Below are positions 43,676 through 47,403 of a DNA stretch of 47,403 nucleotides, piece by piece. Every line of letters begins with the position of its first letter. Within the stretch, counting starts at the first letter, position 1. The position numbers were made by a program, and so were the translations under genes. The notes under the pieces were generated by a model. The model worked only from the letters and a program-made list of their open reading frames with translations, was not told where the DNA came from and did no database searches. Source of the DNA: a bacterium (GTDB lineage: Bacteria; Patescibacteriota; CPR2; UBA1875; CAIMLA01); assembly GCA_037140175.1 (NCBI GenBank), contig JBAXEY010000002.1, positions 1-47,403 of the forward strand. Reading direction: 5' to 3'.

Positions 43676-44333
43676 CAATAAAAACGTAAAATCAAAAGCT
43701 GGCATTCAGGGTTTTTTGCCAGTCAAAGAAATTAAGAATAATCTACTTTTTCTAAAAGACGGTTCGGCAAAAGCAATTCTATCCGTCTCTGGGATAAATT
43801 ATTATTTAATGTCTAATGAGGAGCAGGACATTCTAGTTTCCTCATTCCAAGAAGTTATCAACTCTCTAGAATTTCCCATCCAAATTGTTGTCCAGTCTAG
43901 AAAGATTGATTTAACCGAATATCTCAAATCATTGCAGGTAGCCGCCGAAGTAGAAACAAACTCACTGTTGCAGGAAGATTTCTTTGAATATATTAAATTT
44001 ATCAAAGAGGTCATGTCCGTTTCGAGCATTATGGATAAAAAGTTTTATGTAGTTATTCCGTATTTTTCTGATTACTTGGCAAATCAAAAAAAGGGCTTAC
44101 TATCGAGCTTTTTTGGCTCTACTTCACATGATGCGAGCCCCCAAACCAGTTTTGAAAAAATTACAGAAGTGATGGGCCAGAGGATAAATTCGCTCGCATT
44201 TTCACTCCAAAGCCTAGGAGTCACCGCAAAACAGCTCAATACTCAGGAGTTGATTGAACTAATGTACGGTTGCTATAATCATGACCTGCCAAAGATAGGT
44301 GTTCAGTCAAACGAGAGTGGAGAGATAGGATAA
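43668..44333 (+). CDS. VirB4 N-terminal domain encoded as a separate ORF
   Basis: GIQGFLPVKEIKNNLLFLKDGSAKAILSVSGINYYLMSNEEQDILVSSFQEVINSLEFPIQIVVQS follows the Gram-positive VirB4 (Tn916 Orf16/PrgJ-type) N-terminal pattern. It overlaps the prgI end by 8 nt and stops 2 nt before the ATPase ORF. Confidence 0.6.
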   Translation: MSNNKNVKSKAGIQGFLPVKEIKNNLLFLKDGSAKAILSVSGINYYLMSNEEQDILVSSFQEVINSLEFPIQIVVQSRKIDLTEYLKSLQVAAEVETNSLLQEDFFEYIKFIKEVMSVSSIMDKKFYVVIPYFSDYLANQKKGLLSSFFGSTSHDASPQTSFEKITEVMGQRINSLAFSLQSLGVTAKQLNTQELIELMYGCYNHDLPKIGVQSNESGEIG

Positions 44334-44335
44334 AG

Positions 44336-46120
44336 ATGTTTTTCAATAAAAAACCAAAACTTACCGCAGAGGAACAAAAAGCACTCCAAGCCAAGAAGAT
44401 GATGGCGGAGGGTATGACTAATATTCGTGACTTAATTGCTCCTCCATCAATGGAACTTAATTCAAATTATTTGAAAATTGGCTCGACCTTTGTCAAAATA
44501 TTTTTCCTCCAAGAATATCCCCGAGTTTTAAATTCTGGCTGGCTCTCGCCAGTTATTAACTGTGAATTTGCTCTAGATGTCTCAATCCACATCTCTCCGA
44601 TTGCATCAGAGGAGTACGCCAAAAAACTCCGAACCAAATCCACCCAGATCGAATCAACCCTTAACGCAAATGCAGAAAAGGGGCTCGTCCGCGACCCCAA
44701 GATGGATGCTACTTACAATGACGTTGAGACTCTCCGTGAAAAACTAGCAGTCGGCGTCTCTAAAATGTTTACTATATCACTCTATATCTCGGTTTATGCG
44801 AACAGCCTCAAGGAGCTAGAAGAATCGTGCAACATTGTTGGCTCGATGCTGGGAGAGCAGATGCTAGTCGAAAAGCCCGCCATCCTGCAAATGGAACAAG
44901 GGTTCAACTCATCCCTCCCGATCGCCAAAGATGAATTGTATATCACTCGAAATCTAGACACCGAGTCCATCTCCACCTTTTTCCCATTTCTTTCGGCCAC
45001 CTTATCAACAAATACCGGTGTCTTCTATGGCATAAATAAAACCAATAATAGCTTAGTGATCTATGACCGTTTTAGTTTGCCCAACTATAACTCAGTCGTG
45101 ATGGCAACGGCCGGTGCCGGTAAAAGTTATGCCGTCAAACTAGAGGCCTTGCGGACTCTAATGTTGGGGGCAGAAGTGATCGCCATCGATCCAGAAAATG
45201 AATTCCAACGAATGTGTGAGCAGTTTGGTGGCAGTTTTCTAAACATTAGCATCAATTCCGATCAAAGAATCAACCCGTTCGATTTGCCACCAGCCAGAGA
45301 TGACGAAGAAGCCATGGATGATCTCCGGAGTAACACAATCATGCTGGCTGGACTAATAAAGGTTATGACCGGTGAGATGACTCCCCAGGAAAGCAATATT
45401 TTGGACGAGGCTATTGCCGAAACGTACGCTTCTCGGGGCATTACCGAAGATCCGGCCACCCATGGTTTGGAGCCACCTGTCCTCTTGGATTTACAAAAAG
45501 TTCTAGAGAGTATGAACGGAGGTCAGAATCTAGCTGCTAAATTAAATAAATATACAAATGGCAGCTATGCCGGCCTATTAAATCAAAGTACAAATATTAG
45601 TTTGGACAACAAGTTTATTACTTTTTCGATTCGTGACCTGGAGGAGGAGCTCAGACCAATCGCCATGTACTCGATCCTAAATTATATTTGGAATAAGGTG
45701 AAGGCGTCTCGTAAAAAGAGATTGCTAATCGTTGATGAGGCCTGGTTATTGATGAAATATCCCGAATCAGCTCAATTTCTATTTTCCATGGCCAAAAGAG
45801 GTCGTAAATATTACCTTGGCTTAACCTGTATCAGTCAAGATATCTCTGATTTTCTAAGCTCTCCCTACGGACAGCCTATCGTTCACAACTCGGCTATCGC
45901 TATGCTTCTAAAACAACACCCGGCCGAGGTCGACTACGTCAAAGAGGCTTTCCACCTCACTGATGCTGAAAAAACATTTTTACTCCAAGCTTCCACCGGT
46001 GATTGTCTCTTTATCGCTGGCAATAACCACGCCGCAATAGAAATATATGCCAGCTATTTCGAGCATCAACTTATCACGACAAATCCCGAGGAAGTTAACA
46101 CTCTTGAGAAAGAGAGCTAA
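44336..46120 (+). CDS. virB4: VirB4/TraC-type T4SS ATPase (middle and C-terminal ATPase domains)
   Basis: IAPPSMELNSNYLKIG..FVKIFFLQEYP, Walker A VMATAGAGKSYAV and Walker B RLLIVDEAWLL, followed by RKYYLGLTCISQDISDF. Confidence 0.85.
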   Translation: MFFNKKPKLTAEEQKALQAKKMMAEGMTNIRDLIAPPSMELNSNYLKIGSTFVKIFFLQEYPRVLNSGWLSPVINCEFALDVSIHISPIASEEYAKKLRTKSTQIESTLNANAEKGLVRDPKMDATYNDVETLREKLAVGVSKMFTISLYISVYANSLKELEESCNIVGSMLGEQMLVEKPAILQMEQGFNSSLPIAKDELYITRNLDTESISTFFPFLSATLSTNTGVFYGINKTNNSLVIYDRFSLPNYNSVVMATAGAGKSYAVKLEALRTLMLGAEVIAIDPENEFQRMCEQFGGSFLNISINSDQRINPFDLPPARDDEEAMDDLRSNTIMLAGLIKVMTGEMTPQESNILDEAIAETYASRGITEDPATHGLEPPVLLDLQKVLESMNGGQNLAAKLNKYTNGSYAGLLNQSTNISLDNKFITFSIRDLEEELRPIAMYSILNYIWNKVKASRKKRLLIVDEAWLLMKYPESAQFLFSMAKRGRKYYLGLTCISQDISDFLSSPYGQPIVHNSAIAMLLKQHPAEVDYVKEAFHLTDAEKTFLLQASTGDCLFIAGNNHAAIEIYASYFEHQLITTNPEEVNTLEKES

Positions 46121-46123
46121 AAG

Positions 46124-47403
46124 ATGGCTCAGGGAGTCAATAACAACCAGCCGGACTTAGATCCAGAAGCCTTAGGGGAACCTACTCCCGAAGCGACTCC
46201 TTCAATTCCTACTGTCCCCAATTTAAACCGTCGCCCAGGTTCACCCGAGGACAAAAAAAAGCCAGACGAACCTAGTGCCAACCTCGAGCATCAGGATTCG
46301 GCGTTAAATGTCTCTGGGTCTAGTGGTGGCGAACTCCGAGGCACAGAGAGATCTGGCGCATCAACGGCAGAAACTAGCCCAAAAGGTAGTAAAGACTCTG
46401 CTAGCAGTCCAGGTGAGTTGTCAACAAGCCGCCAGACGACAAAAACCCCTGGAGGCGGAGGTGGTACTGTCTCGAAAAAAGGCGGCAAAGACTTAGCTAG
46501 TCATGTTCCAAGCACTGGGAAAAAGAATCAACCTGGTGGCGATAGTAGGGAGCAAAAAAGCGGAGCCAATGTCGGGAAAAAGATTGAAGCCGCGAAAGAT
46601 ACTGCCACTCTAGGCGCCTCAGTTGCTGACCAAAATTATGTCGAGGCAGTCAAAAAATTTGGCGAAATGGCAAAAAAAGCCGTTACTGACGAAGAGTACC
46701 GAAAGGAATTTTTAAAAGCAATAATCCAAATAATAGTCATCTTGGCCATGCCGATTGGTTGTTGTTTTGGCTGTTTTATGGCTGTCGCTGTTGTCATCGT
46801 GGGCGTCCTCTTTGGAACAGTCCAGCACGACTATTACCAACAAAGAAATTTATATAAATCTTGTCCAACCGCAACCTTCACTAGTGACTATATTGCCATT
46901 AAAGATTATGGAGACAACTTGCCCGGAGCTCCTTGTACTGGGGTTAGCGAACTTTGGAATGAATACAAACTAGCCGCCCAAAGCGCTGATCCAGAAGTTG
47001 ATTGGCGACTGATAGCTTCCATCGACCAGGCAGGGTATGGTGGCGACCCTGGCCAAAGAAACTATATTGCCTCTGGACGAAGTAGCGAGAGACTCCAGGA
47101 CTGTAATGCTGATTGTGAACCCTTGCCCTGTGTTGATAGCTCGGGCAATGATATCTCGGCCAATCAAAGCTGTCCCGCGCCGATATGTGAACGAGATAGA
47201 TGTTATAACAAATGTGCCACAAATAATCGACTGGTCATGACCACGCGCGTCAACTGGATAGCAACAAAGATTAGGAACATTTTCAAGGCGGAGAGGTTAA
47301 TCGCCACGAGTAAAGCTGGGGACGAAGCTGACAAAGGAACCGATTTGCCAGTCTTTGATTCCTGGAAAGGGGATGACGTCATCGGTGATTCTCGTTTCAA
47401 TAT
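46124..47403 (+). CDS. Partial ORF (runs off the window end): low-complexity Ser/Gly/Lys-rich N-terminus, one TM helix, Cys-rich extracytoplasmic domain. It may be a T4SS-associated cell-wall-interacting protein.
   Basis: I translated from ATG 46124 and found 426 codons with no stop to the window end. The TM is IIQIIVILAMPIGCCFGCFMAVAVVIVGVLFG. The following stretch LWNEYKLAAQSADPEVDWRLIASIDQAGYGG is loosely transglycosylase-like, but I could not find the catalytic Glu motif. It is absent from the ORF track because no stop lies inside the window. Confidence 0.55.
   Translation, partial: MAQGVNNNQPDLDPEALGEPTPEATPSIPTVPNLNRRPGSPEDKKKPDEPSANLEHQDSALNVSGSSGGELRGTERSGASTAETSPKGSKDSASSPGELSTSRQTTKTPGGGGGTVSKKGGKDLASHVPSTGKKNQPGGDSREQKSGANVGKKIEAAKDTATLGASVADQNYVEAVKKFGEMAKKAVTDEEYRKEFLKAIIQIIVILAMPIGCCFGCFMAVAVVIVGVLFGTVQHDYYQQRNLYKSCPTATFTSDYIAIKDYGDNLPGAPCTGVSELWNEYKLAAQSADPEVDWRLIASIDQAGYGGDPGQRNYIASGRSSERLQDCNADCEPLPCVDSSGNDISANQSCPAPICERDRCYNKCATNNRLVMTTRVNWIATKIRNIFKAERLIATSKAGDEADKGTDLPVFDSWKGDDVIGDSRFN

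Overview
This is a 47.4-kb AT-rich bacterial window that uses the standard code: TAA, TAG and TGA all terminate well-supported genes. The gene content fits a reduced-genome monoderm, most plausibly a Patescibacteria/CPR-type organism. That placement is an inference from several features: a Gram-positive-type PrgI/VirB4 secretion locus, FemAB plus a short MurE, a heliorhodopsin, a short ValRS and giant surface proteins. Layout: (1) 1-18476 holds two co-oriented minus-strand giant surface-protein genes. The first is 2,269 aa, and its frame continues for at least 396 more codons past an in-frame TAG. It also contains perfect 503-561-bp internal duplications. The second is 3,440 aa and fuses an adhesin-type ectodomain of about 2,960 aa to a C-terminal transmembrane histidine-kinase module. 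I rate this fusion the most unusual object in the window. (2) 18477-19510 is a 1-kb spacer. It carries an orphan truncated copy of the giant-protein leader and a promoter/terminator-bounded structured RNA of about 490 nt that I could not assign to a family. (3) 19523-26089 is housekeeping: murE-like, femAB-like, tsaD, valS and a TPR protein. (4) 26234-31890 is an accessory patch at a tRNA-Ser pair. Three direct copies of the tRNA-Ser 3' end plus its terminator delimit two decayed islets. These carry an AAA/DUF4143 ATPase, and Fic plus a truncated primase-like gene. A DUF3592 membrane protein and a MerR-GHKL/DUF4325 pair follow. (5) 31996-35662 is a membrane/redox cluster: DsbB-like, heliorhodopsin, PAP2-like, rubrerythrin and a small membrane protein. 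(6) tRNA-Arg(GCG), tRNA-Ser(CGA), a Phd/PIN toxin-antitoxin pair, a PilB/GspE ATPase and Hsp20. (7) 39020-47403 is a Gram-positive-type type IV secretion locus. It has three VirB2-like pilin paralogues, a VirB6-like protein, PrgI, a VirB4 split into two ORFs and a partial Cys-rich membrane protein. No CRISPR array, rRNA gene, transposase or integrase was seen. All functional calls rest on motif recognition by eye, with no database search.
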